IMG/VR virus record: IMGVR_UViG_3300023053_000001
Location: 204,459 to 268,458 of that record
Strand: one strand, 5' to 3'
Length of the DNA stretch: 64,000 nt
Source of the DNA: a virus
Taxonomy: Duplodnaviria > Caudoviricetes
The notes beneath the pieces were generated by a model. The model was given only the letters and a program-made list of their open reading frames with translations, made no database searches and was not told where the DNA came from. Made by a program: the position numbers and the translations under genes. Below are positions 56,277 to 64,000 of the stretch, piece by piece; the first letter of the stretch is position 1; each line of letters begins with the position of its first letter.

Positions 56277-57557
56277 ATGAGCGACTTCGATTCCGCACCC
56301 GTGCTGGAGACGGAATTCGATGGTGGCGAGGAACAGGCCGCGCTGGATGGTCATCAGGATGCGTTGTCGCGTCTGGATGGCCACCTGCGTGAACTGGAAG
56401 GCACTGGCGCGGTTTCCCGCGCCAATGTCAGCGCCATGGTCGAAGACGGTGTGGCTCTCCCCACCACCGCTCCGCTGAACTCCTTCACTGCCGATCCGTC
56501 CCAGACTAACCTGCACATCGCGCAGGAAGGCCTGATCGGCGCCATCGTCGGCAAGATCAAGGATCTGGCCAAGGCCATCATCGCGCTGTTGAAGAAGGCA
56601 TTCGACTGGGTGATCGGCCTGATTCGCAAGGTACGCTCGCATCAGGCGGAAATGGATCGTAAGGTCCAGAACGCACGTGAGACCGCCAAGGCCAATACCG
56701 AGATGTCCGAACTGCACATGGACGCCATGCAGGTCAAGCCGTCGGCTGTGGGTCGTATCAAGACCTTCAACGACAAGATCGAAGCGCTGGAAAAGCAGTG
56801 GCAGTCGCGCTTCAACGATCTGCACGCCGACTACGTGACGGGCTGTGAAGTCAGCAGCGTGGTCCGCTCGATCCTGCTGTACGTCCCGGAAGTGGCCGGC
56901 ATCTACGAGATGCGCATGAGCCAGTATCTGGAGATCGCCAAGAAGGCTGCCGTGGGTGACTCCACCGCCGTGGGTGCCTTTGCTGCACTGGCTGCTCCGG
57001 AAAGCTTCCCGCGCCTGAACGCGCTGGTGGCCAAGCTGAACATCGACAAGTTCAACCCGGTCGGTGTCACGCTCACGGCTGCGGCCAACATGACCCGTGC
57101 TCATCTGGAGTTCCTGCGTAACTCGCACACCTACGATGCGCCGAGTCTGGAAACGGTGGTCAATGCCCTGCAGGACAGCAATGCACAGCTGGGCGTGTCC
57201 ACCTTCCTCAGTGAGGCGGTGCTGGTCAAGGCGCAGGAGCAGGTGCGGTCGACCCTGAGTAAGGTCGAAGCGCATTACAGCGCCATGCGTGAAGCCCGTG
57301 ATGTGAGCGACCCGATCAGTCGCGCCGAGTACGCTGCGATCCGTGTCCTGCAGGATGAGGGCAATGCGATCAACAAGCTGATCGAATGCGGCATGATCAT
57401 CGATCAGGGTCAGTCGGAAGTGGCCAACATGGCCTTTGACTACGCGGCGATGCAGTACAGCATCCACACCGAACGTGCCAACGGCATCGAGGACGTGGAA
57501 ACGCGCAAGCGGGCCAAGGACATCCATACCAACCTGAACCGCAACGTCAAGCGGTAA
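56277..57557 (+). CDS. Internal head / ejection protein with an acidic propeptide (426 aa)
   Basis: Acidic N-terminus, then IAQE|G followed by amphipathic helix LIGAIVGKIKDLAKAIIALLKKAFDWVIGLIRKV. Confidence 0.7.
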   Translation: MSDFDSAPVLETEFDGGEEQAALDGHQDALSRLDGHLRELEGTGAVSRANVSAMVEDGVALPTTAPLNSFTADPSQTNLHIAQEGLIGAIVGKIKDLAKAIIALLKKAFDWVIGLIRKVRSHQAEMDRKVQNARETAKANTEMSELHMDAMQVKPSAVGRIKTFNDKIEALEKQWQSRFNDLHADYVTGCEVSSVVRSILLYVPEVAGIYEMRMSQYLEIAKKAAVGDSTAVGAFAALAAPESFPRLNALVAKLNIDKFNPVGVTLTAAANMTRAHLEFLRNSHTYDAPSLETVVNALQDSNAQLGVSTFLSEAVLVKAQEQVRSTLSKVEAHYSAMREARDVSDPISRAEYAAIRVLQDEGNAINKLIECGMIIDQGQSEVANMAFDYAAMQYSIHTERANGIEDVETRKRAKDIHTNLNRNVKR

Positions 57558-57559
57558 CG

Positions 57560-57604
57560 GCACAAGACCCCTCCCACCTTTGCGGGTGGGAGGGGCTTAT
57601 GTCG
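57560..57604. terminator. Bidirectional terminator
   Basis: ga-cccctcccacc-tttgcg-ggtgggagggg-cttatgtcg; near-copy of 52525-52567. Confidence 0.8.
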
Positions 57605-57609
57605 CTGAG

Positions 57610-58092
57610 TTACAGCATCTGGTAGTACGCGTTGACCTTCTCGGTGATCGCTTCGTTTTCCAGCGATGCCATGATCGAGCGGATGTCCACCTGCTTGTAA
57701 GCCATGGCGCGCGTGGCCGGATCGGCGGTGCGGGTGATCAGGCCCAGGATACGCTCGAAGGAACGCTGGTTGGCGCCGGTGATGCGCATGTCACCGAAGA
57801 AGCGATACAGCATGCGTTCGTCGAACGCGTCGCGACGGTGCTTGTGGAAGGTGGCCAGCACTTCCGACCACTGCAGCGAGAACTGCTGGGCATCGGCGTT
57901 GAGCACCTGACGCAGGCAGTTCCACAGAGCGGTCTGATAGCCACCGCCATCGCGCGGGTCGATCGGACGGGCACCGGACATGTTGGTGACGTAGCTGTCC
58001 AGACGCTCCACCACCGCTTCCAGGTTGATACGCTGGGTGGACGGCAGCGAAGCCAGCTGCTGGGGAGTAACGGAATACGGTTGACGGGACAT
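57610..58092 (-). CDS. Conserved helical protein (160 aa; phiKZ gp81-like position)
   Basis: Directly downstream of the vRNAP beta' gene. Confidence 0.75.
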   Translation of the reverse strand: MSRQPYSVTPQQLASLPSTQRINLEAVVERLDSYVTNMSGARPIDPRDGGGYQTALWNCLRQVLNADAQQFSLQWSEVLATFHKHRRDAFDERMLYRFFGDMRITGANQRSFERILGLITRTADPATRAMAYKQVDIRSIMASLENEAITEKVNAYYQML

Positions 58093-58101
58093 GGTGTTCT
58101 C

Positions 58102-59385
58102 TTAGGTCAGGCTTGCATGGAAATCGAGGTTGACGATACGCAGGACCGTACCGTGCATGCGCTTCATGAACAGCAGCATGAACAGCGAGCCCACGCCGGC
58201 CATGTGGGCCGACACAGCATTGGGAGTTTCAGCCAGGCGAGCGCCAGAGCAGGTAGCGCAGAAGTTCGCGCCCTTGGAATGGCAGTAGGTCGTGTAGCGC
58301 ATCGTAACGCGCTTGTTGATGTAACCGGCGATGTTGTCATCGGTCAGTTCCACCAGACCCTTGGAGGTGATCAGATTGTTGCCGATGAATCGACGGGCGA
58401 TGTCATCTTCCAACACCAGACTCAGGCCCACCTTGCTTCCGCAATCCTTCTCGATGATCGAGGTATTCTGGAAGATGCGGTGATTGAACTTGGTCACCTC
58501 ACCACCCAGAGCGGTCTGGAAGCCACGGCTGTAAGAACCATCGCGCGAGGCGTTGTTCATGGCCGGCAGTTCTTCCGCCGTCCAACCGTCCTGCAACGAG
58601 CCAGTGAGGAACTCACTGGTACCGAAGCCGTCGGCCGCACCTTGGATGAGGAACTGCTTCTTGCGCGTAACGTCGTAGGATTTCGACTTGATGTAAAAAT
58701 TCTCACCTTTGTCGCCGCGCATCCATTCTCGGTCGACCTTCTTCAGCTCACCTTCGATGGTGGCCTGGATCACCGGATCGTGCAACTGACCCTTGTACTT
58801 CTCCAGCAGCTCCGCACGAATCTGCGGGATGCGCGGGTCGGTGGTCATGGTCTTGGCCGTGGCTGACACCACCACGACTGGAGAGAAGCCCACCAGCGAC
58901 AGCGCTGCTTCGTTGAACTTCAGCACCTGATCGGTGTAGACCTTCTTCGGGTTGCGCGGCGTATCGGGCTTGTCATCCACCCACACGGCATGGACCATCT
59001 TCTCCAGCTTACCGGCTTGGATCTCACCGACCTGATACGGGAACAGATCACCGAAGGGATGGCACAGCAAGATCTGGTTCAGGAACATGTTGCCGTAGGT
59101 GGTACGCACCGCTTCGCGGACGTTGACCAGATTCCCCGGGTAGGCCGTGACAGCTTCGCGTACCGCATACAGCGGTTGCTTGGGATCGGCTCCCTCGATA
59201 CGGTGGATTTCGCCAGTGGCCCCGTCAATGAAGCTGTAGCCGTTGACCGGATCGCGCATCAGCGCCAGCGGGTGTTCGGGCGTGACATCAGAGGGCATGG
59301 TCAGGCAGAACGCCTCCAACCACCAACGCTTGTAGCGGTAGCAGCCAGCGGCCATTGCCTTGATGAAGTATTCGCGCTTGTCCAC
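58102..59385 (-). CDS. Virion RNA polymerase beta'-like subunit (427 aa; phiKZ gp80-like)
   Basis: RDGSYSRGFQTALGG, IIEKDCGS, Zn site YCHSKGANFCATCSG. Confidence 0.85.
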   Translation of the reverse strand: MDKREYFIKAMAAGCYRYKRWWLEAFCLTMPSDVTPEHPLALMRDPVNGYSFIDGATGEIHRIEGADPKQPLYAVREAVTAYPGNLVNVREAVRTTYGNMFLNQILLCHPFGDLFPYQVGEIQAGKLEKMVHAVWVDDKPDTPRNPKKVYTDQVLKFNEAALSLVGFSPVVVVSATAKTMTTDPRIPQIRAELLEKYKGQLHDPVIQATIEGELKKVDREWMRGDKGENFYIKSKSYDVTRKKQFLIQGAADGFGTSEFLTGSLQDGWTAEELPAMNNASRDGSYSRGFQTALGGEVTKFNHRIFQNTSIIEKDCGSKVGLSLVLEDDIARRFIGNNLITSKGLVELTDDNIAGYINKRVTMRYTTYCHSKGANFCATCSGARLAETPNAVSAHMAGVGSLFMLLFMKRMHGTVLRIVNLDFHASLT

Positions 59386-59388
59386 GCT

Positions 59389-60240
59389 TTAATCCCCAAG
59401 GTTCGTTGCGCGCAGGGCAGCCAGCGCAGCATTGCGGAAGGTTACCGATTGGTTGATCTCGGTAAAGGTATGCGAGGCGAACTGGTCGATCACCGTTTCC
59501 ATTTCGGCACGCGGCATGGTCGCAGCCAACAACAGCGTCACCAGACACACTGCCGCATCATCAGGCTTCTGCTCGGCCACCTGATGCAGGTGATCGAGCT
59601 GACCGATCAACGTCAGGTGCAGCGGCATGCCCAGACGCATGCCTTCATCCATGCGTTCCTTCAGGTAAGCCGCACCCACCGCATTGTTGGCAGTGAACGA
59701 TTCCAGACGGTGACGGGCAGCAGCCACATCAGCCGGCGACGGTTCCAGATCGGAGGTGTTGGGCACCTTCACCGAGCTGGCATTGTCTTCGATGCGCTTG
59801 AGCAGGTCCGGGGAGACTTCACGAATGTACTGCAGGTAATCGTCGGAGTGATAACGTCCGCCCAGCACCAACAGTTCGGCAAAGATCTCTTCGTGACTCT
59901 CATCAGTCTGACAGAGAGTCAATATCGCTTCGGGGTTGTCGTAGTTGTCCAGCAACAGCAAACCCTTGAGCATGTCCACTGCGATGGGCAGGGTGATCTC
60001 ACCGCTGAACAACACACCGTACTCGTTGAGCACGCGCACATACAGCGGCAACAGGATGCCTTGCATGATGTTGGTCAGCGGATCGCCCTCCACTGAACCG
60101 GCCACGACAAGTTCATCGTCGATCGGTTCGACATGGCGCTCCTCACCCACCCACAACAGCGTCCTGCAGGCATCGAGGCACAGGTCTTTCTGCTCTGGCG
60201 TTGCAACCAGATCCAGATAAGCGTCCAGTTCGTCGAACAT
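59389..60240 (-). CDS. Conserved acidic protein (283 aa; phiKZ gp79-like position)
   Basis: RBS aggag before MFDELD at 60240; coupled to the vRNAP gene. Confidence 0.75.
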   Translation of the reverse strand: MFDELDAYLDLVATPEQKDLCLDACRTLLWVGEERHVEPIDDELVVAGSVEGDPLTNIMQGILLPLYVRVLNEYGVLFSGEITLPIAVDMLKGLLLLDNYDNPEAILTLCQTDESHEEIFAELLVLGGRYHSDDYLQYIREVSPDLLKRIEDNASSVKVPNTSDLEPSPADVAAARHRLESFTANNAVGAAYLKERMDEGMRLGMPLHLTLIGQLDHLHQVAEQKPDDAAVCLVTLLLAATMPRAEMETVIDQFASHTFTEINQSVTFRNAALAALRATNLGD

Positions 60241-60279
60241 GGTTGACTCCTTGCAATATGTCAAAAAAATACAGAAGTT

Positions 60280-60295
60280 CTTCTCATATGAGAAG
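60280..60295. promoter_or_regulatory. Perfect 16-bp palindrome CTTCTCATATGAGAAG between divergent operons
   Basis: Read directly; carries TATG on both strands. Confidence 0.5.
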
Positions 60296-60335
60296 CTTTG
60301 CTTCTTCCGAAATCACTTTCCAAGCAGGTAACAAC

Positions 60336-60800
60336 ATGTCCAAGGGTAAGCGTCAGCAACCCATCCCGCAGCCCCGGCATCAGCCTCTGAAGAACCGCGC
60401 CTGGGATGAACTCAACGAACTCTCCGATGAGACCACCCGTCTGCTGCACTCCACCATCGGTGGTGCGCGCGATGTGATCGTCAGCGCCATGGCCAATCCG
60501 GAGATCGATCCGGTGGAACGCAATGCGCTGGTCAACCTCATCGGCTCGGATTCCAAGAAGATCACCGATCGTCTCACCGCGCTGCGCACCCTGCACGTCA
60601 ATCGCACCGGCGATGCCGTCGACAGCGACGCGCTGGTGGAAACGCTGAACCTGGGCGGCCAGTACGGCGAACTCATGTCCGACATCAACCTCACGGTGCT
60701 GGCCAACACGGCGCGCCTGACGGAGATGCAGCTTCCGCCGGAAGCCCCCGAAACCGAGCCGTCCGCACCGGCTCCCGACCCCAGCAACACCGAGGCATAA
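60336..60800 (+). CDS. Hypothetical protein (154 aa)
   Basis: RBS aggt; start MSKGKR. Confidence 0.7.
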   Translation: MSKGKRQQPIPQPRHQPLKNRAWDELNELSDETTRLLHSTIGGARDVIVSAMANPEIDPVERNALVNLIGSDSKKITDRLTALRTLHVNRTGDAVDSDALVETLNLGGQYGELMSDINLTVLANTARLTEMQLPPEAPETEPSAPAPDPSNTEA

Positions 60801-60806
60801 AGCGCC

Positions 60807-62411
60807 ATGTCCATCGAAGAAGAAACCACCACGACGCCGTTCCCGCAGGAACCGACTGCGGCTGCTCCGGCAGCGGCGCCCGCTGCGGATGGTGACGCAC
60901 AGCCGGCCAGCGACGCTGCGCCGACCAAGACCCTGAAGGAACCCGAAGGTGATCCGCCGGTGATTCCGTATGTCGTGCAGGAAAACGTGCGCGTCATCCA
61001 CGACCCGTTCGACATGAAGCCCCCCAAGCCCGGCACGTTCGCCGTCTACGAGCGTCTGTCCATCCTGGGCGTGCAGGCCAGTGAAGCGGCCAAGCTCTCC
61101 GAGCACTACCCGGAAGTGGAGCTGGGCGAATCCGACGCCGAGCAGACCTGGACCGAAACCAGCGTCGAAGGCGCCAAGCACTCGCTGCAGTTCGGTACCT
61201 ACGAACAGGCGATGGCCCGTGCCAACTCGCTGTGGACCAACAGCGTCGAGGCCGAGAAGGAACGCCTGCACATCTCCCGTCCCACGTTCGAAAAGAACGA
61301 CGGCATGAAGCTGTCCGGCCAGCAGGCCGTCATGCGCATGCAGTCGCTGACCGGCATGGGTACCCATGCGCGCATCCCGCTGTGGCACACCGGCATCTGG
61401 GTCACCATGCGTGCCCCCACCGAAGCTGCGCTGCTGGAACTGGAACGTCGCCTGGGCCATGAGAAGATCCGCTTCGGTCGCGAGACCGGCGGCCTGATGT
61501 TCTCCAACACCATGGTCTACCTGATGAACTCGCTGGTGGACTTCGCGCTGGAGCACATCATCGAAGCGACGGTGGCGCACGTGGCCATCGAAGACCTCAA
61601 GGAGATCATCCTCCTGCCGGACGCCCATTCGCTGATCCACGGCATCCTGTGCACGATGTACCCCAACGGCTATCCGTACCGCCAGCCGTGCGTCATCAAC
61701 CCGTTCAAGTGCACCCACGTCATCGAAGCGAACATCTCGATCCCGCGCCTGGCCTTCACCGACCAGCTGCGCCTGACCGAATGGCAGGCTCGCCAGATGA
61801 CCCGCAAGTTCTCCAAGTTCACCGCCGATGAACTGAAGAAGTACCAGGAACAGCACACCTATCTGGCCGAGCGCGAAGTCAAGCTGACCGATCAGGTCTC
61901 CATGACCCTGTGCACGCCGACCATCGAGAAGTACCGCCAGGTCGGCACCAGCTGGATCGACTCGCTGGTCTCGCGCGTCACCCGTTCCTTCGGTGCCAAC
62001 ATCGAAGAAGGTCACCGAGCGCAGCTCATCAGTGAGCAGGGTCGCATCACCTCGCTGTGCCAGTACGCGCACATGGTCCAGAAGATCACTCTGGTCGATC
62101 GGGACGCCGAGCGCAAGATCATCACCAACGTCATCGAGGACACCCCGTCCATCGTCGACTCGCTGTCCGCCCTGACCGCTTCGGCGGAGATCTTCCAGGC
62201 GTACTACGACGGCATGAACAAGTTCATCGAAGCGTCGGTGCTGACCATCATGGCAGTACCCAAGACGCCGTGCCCGGTCTGCAGTAAGGATCATGTCAAT
62301 GACGAGAAGTACAAGGCTCAGCCCTCGCTGATTCCCCTTGACATCGTCAACATTTTTTTTACCCTCCGAGCCCGTCGGATTACCAAGACCTTGCATCTGG
62401 GCAACACGTAA
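60807..62411 (+). CDS. Tail/baseplate assembly chaperone-like protein (534 aa; phiKZ gp87-like); upstream frame of a probable -1 frameshift pair
   Basis: RBS gagg; YRQPC...CTH and C-terminal CPVC; slippery T TTT TTT near the 3' end. Confidence 0.7.
   Translation: MSIEEETTTTPFPQEPTAAAPAAAPAADGDAQPASDAAPTKTLKEPEGDPPVIPYVVQENVRVIHDPFDMKPPKPGTFAVYERLSILGVQASEAAKLSEHYPEVELGESDAEQTWTETSVEGAKHSLQFGTYEQAMARANSLWTNSVEAEKERLHISRPTFEKNDGMKLSGQQAVMRMQSLTGMGTHARIPLWHTGIWVTMRAPTEAALLELERRLGHEKIRFGRETGGLMFSNTMVYLMNSLVDFALEHIIEATVAHVAIEDLKEIILLPDAHSLIHGILCTMYPNGYPYRQPCVINPFKCTHVIEANISIPRLAFTDQLRLTEWQARQMTRKFSKFTADELKKYQEQHTYLAEREVKLTDQVSMTLCTPTIEKYRQVGTSWIDSLVSRVTRSFGANIEEGHRAQLISEQGRITSLCQYAHMVQKITLVDRDAERKIITNVIEDTPSIVDSLSALTASAEIFQAYYDGMNKFIEASVLTIMAVPKTPCPVCSKDHVNDEKYKAQPSLIPLDIVNIFFTLRARRITKTLHLGNT
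62354..62379 (+). other. Candidate programmed -1 ribosomal frameshift site plus a small downstream hairpin
   Basis: att ttt ttt acc (8 T); the -1 frame is open from 62342 into 62423-62905; tccga-gcccg-tcgga hairpin 4 nt downstream. Confidence 0.75.
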
Positions 62412-62422
62412 GCATCCGGCCT

Positions 62423-62905
62423 GTGGCCGACCCGGACGTCGATCCTCACGATCCGGGCGGTCACGTGCTGCAAGGCCGGTTCGGGTTGAATCAGATTGGT
62501 CACCCCGGACCGGCAGAGCGGCTGTTGCAGGAAGTTGGCGACGGTAAGATCAAGAACGGTTATGAGCTGCAGATGCTGCTCATGATCAACTACGATCTCA
62601 ACTACGGCATCTTCAACCACGATGACGACAACCTCAACGACCTGCAACCTCTCGCTCTGGTGCAAATGCATGAGAAAGAGAAGGTCGAGCCGCACACGAT
62701 GCTCTATCGCATGATGATGCGCTTTGGCAAATACAAGGTCTCCCAACACACCGGGATGTCTTGGCCGGAGTTCGTCCAGCAACCGCGCGATGTGTGCGAG
62801 CACTGGTTCAACGTGTGTAAGGAACTGGAAACTAAGCAGGGTCCGTCTGCCGCCACTGATAAGGCGGTGCGTGACCTGACCGCCCAATTGGATGGAAAAG
62901 GATAA
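62423..62905 (+). CDS. Downstream (-1) frame of the chaperone pair (phiKZ gp88-like)
   Basis: No evident RBS at the GTG; HTGMSWPEFVQQPRDVCEHW resembles the C-terminal part of tail assembly chaperones. Confidence 0.7.
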   Translation: MADPDVDPHDPGGHVLQGRFGLNQIGHPGPAERLLQEVGDGKIKNGYELQMLLMINYDLNYGIFNHDDDNLNDLQPLALVQMHEKEKVEPHTMLYRMMMRFGKYKVSQHTGMSWPEFVQQPRDVCEHWFNVCKELETKQGPSAATDKAVRDLTAQLDGKG

Positions 62906-62907
62906 CT

Positions 62908-63360
62908 ATGATTTCGTTTGAAGGTCAAGGGAATTTGTTCCAAAGCAAGCGTCAGACGCTGCTGTGCACTACCAACGTGGCAGGGGCCATGGGTGCTGGC
63001 ATCGCTAAGGAATTCCGCGACCGTTATCCGGAGTTGTACGAGTTCTATCTGGAACGGTTTCCTCGGGAGTATTATCCGGACCCGGCGTTGGGCAACCAGC
63101 TCTACGTGTTCCCGATCAACGATGAACAGCAATGTTTGCTTTTTCCCACGAAGATCAACTGGCGTAATCCCTCGCCGTGGAAGTTGATGTGGGATAACCT
63201 GGCTCAGCTCGCAGCGCGTTACGAAGAGCTGAGGATTACCTCCCTGGCTATGCCCCCGATTGGGTGTGGCAACGGTGGCTGGAAGTACGAACAGGTTATT
63301 CGTGCGATCCACCATCATCTGGGACCGATACCGATCGAGGTTGACGTTCTGGTGCGTTAA
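62908..63360 (+). CDS. Macrodomain ADP-ribosyl hydrolase, DarG-like (150 aa)
   Basis: TTNVAGAMGAGIAKEFRDRYP, LFPTKINWR, SLAMPPIGCGNGGWKY. Confidence 0.9.
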   Translation: MISFEGQGNLFQSKRQTLLCTTNVAGAMGAGIAKEFRDRYPELYEFYLERFPREYYPDPALGNQLYVFPINDEQQCLLFPTKINWRNPSPWKLMWDNLAQLAARYEELRITSLAMPPIGCGNGGWKYEQVIRAIHHHLGPIPIEVDVLVR

Positions 63361-63363
63361 CTC

Positions 63364-63390
63364 CCCGCCCCTTCGGGGGCGGGTTCTTTC
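63364..63390 (+). terminator. Stem-loop with UUCG loop
   Basis: cccgcccc-ttcg-ggggcggg-ttctttc. Confidence 0.7.
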
Positions 63391-63400
63391 TGAGGTCCAC

Positions 63401-63676
63401 ATGAAGATCGAGATTCATCCGGTGAACTTGGCGCTGTTCAAGGCCGAGGATGCGTTGGAGCACATCGAGGCTACCGGTCGCACTGTTCATGGGGCCATCC
63501 AGCGTTCCATGGATCAGCTAGGGAAAAACGGCACGACCAAACATCGTCCGGATGTGATGCAGCTCAACAGCCAGTGGCGGCAGTTGCGTCGACGTATTCC
63601 GGACCTGAAAGTCAAGGTTGTCCTGGCGATGCTGGACGCTGAAAAGATCAAAGACCCAACCCCCTTCCAGCTGTAA
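63401..63676 (+). CDS. Hypothetical helical protein (91 aa)
   Basis: RBS gaggt. Confidence 0.7.
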   Translation: MKIEIHPVNLALFKAEDALEHIEATGRTVHGAIQRSMDQLGKNGTTKHRPDVMQLNSQWRQLRRRIPDLKVKVVLAMLDAEKIKDPTPFQL

Positions 63677-63698
63677 TGGCTGGAAGGGTTTTATGCCG
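63662..63698 (+). terminator. Stem-loop overlapping the stop codon, followed by TTTTATGCCG
   Basis: cccttccagct-gtaa-tggctggaaggg-ttttatgccg. Confidence 0.7.
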
Positions 63699-63708
63699 AT
63701 TGAACCGA

Positions 63709-63726
63709 ATTTCAGATCTATAACAC
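63709..63726 (+). promoter_or_regulatory. Candidate phage promoter, copy 2
   Basis: atttcagatctataacac, 17/18 identical to 7180-7197. Confidence 0.6.
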
Positions 63727-63767
63727 TTCCATGTCAACCCACCCTCTATCAACAAAGGAACACTGCC

Positions 63768-64000
63768 ATGGGTATCTACGCCTCCTCCCACGAACTGGTC
63801 GATGCTGAACTGAAGGAATACTTCAACCAGCTCGATGTTGAAAAAGCCAACGCCGTGCTGGAAGTCTACCACCGCACGATCGTGCGCCAGACCAAGAATG
63901 AAGAACAGCTGAGCAAGAAGCCGTGGACGGCTGAGCGCGCTGTTGCCCTGGAGGAAATCCGCAAGGAGAACCTGCAGACCCGTCAGGAAGCTGACTACGT
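63768..64000 (+). CDS. Hypothetical protein, 3'-truncated (MGIYASSHELVDAELKEYFNQLD...)
   Basis: RBS aaagga; open to the window end. Confidence 0.7.
   Translation, partial: MGIYASSHELVDAELKEYFNQLDVEKANAVLEVYHRTIVRQTKNEEQLSKKPWTAERAVALEEIRKENLQTRQEADY

Noticed and set aside
62423-62905. Treating 62423-62905 as a fully independent gene starting at GTG
   Set aside because: No SD upstream and the frame is open back to the slippery site; kept as a CDS, but the frameshift model is favoured
1-64000. Search for tRNA, rRNA, CRISPR arrays, IS/integrase, group I/II introns and inteins
   Set aside because: No cloverleaf with a T-loop consensus, no regularly spaced repeats and no interrupted core genes seen by eye; tRNAscan and cmscan were not run
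1-64000. Alternative genetic code (stop-codon reassignment)
   Set aside because: Core genes are full length under code 11, and TAA, TGA and TAG all end genes

Overview
This window comes from a high-GC (about 60%) nucleus-forming jumbo phage (phiKZ-like, Chimalliviridae). Recognisable core genes are the large terminase with two upstream virion genes, PhuZ tubulin, a family-B DNA polymerase split into two distant genes, chimallin (ChmA), all nvRNAP subunits of the core block (beta'-N/M with NADFDGD, the gp68-like specificity subunit, beta-C, beta'-C), ChmC, PicA, an SbcD/Mre11 nuclease, an SF2 helicase, a virion RNAP beta' subunit and head/tail proteins. Assignments rest on motifs read in the translations plus recalled phiKZ synteny; no database search was run. 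An accessory region (7.2-18.3 kb) holds lipoproteins, an AAA ATPase, an HTH protein and two paralog families. The main unannotated signals are: (1) a probable programmed -1 frameshift (T TTT TTT, 62354-62360) fusing 60807-62411 to 62423-62905 in a lambda G/GT-like tail-chaperone arrangement; (2) an array of about 10 highly diverged paralogs of one small fold between PhuZ and the DNA polymerase; (3) an orphan DarG-like macrodomain; (4) a membrane-anchored HEXXH peptidase in a virion operon; (5) low-complexity tails on several nucleus-block proteins; (6) phage-specific promoter and terminator motifs. I saw no tRNA, CRISPR array, intron or IS element.
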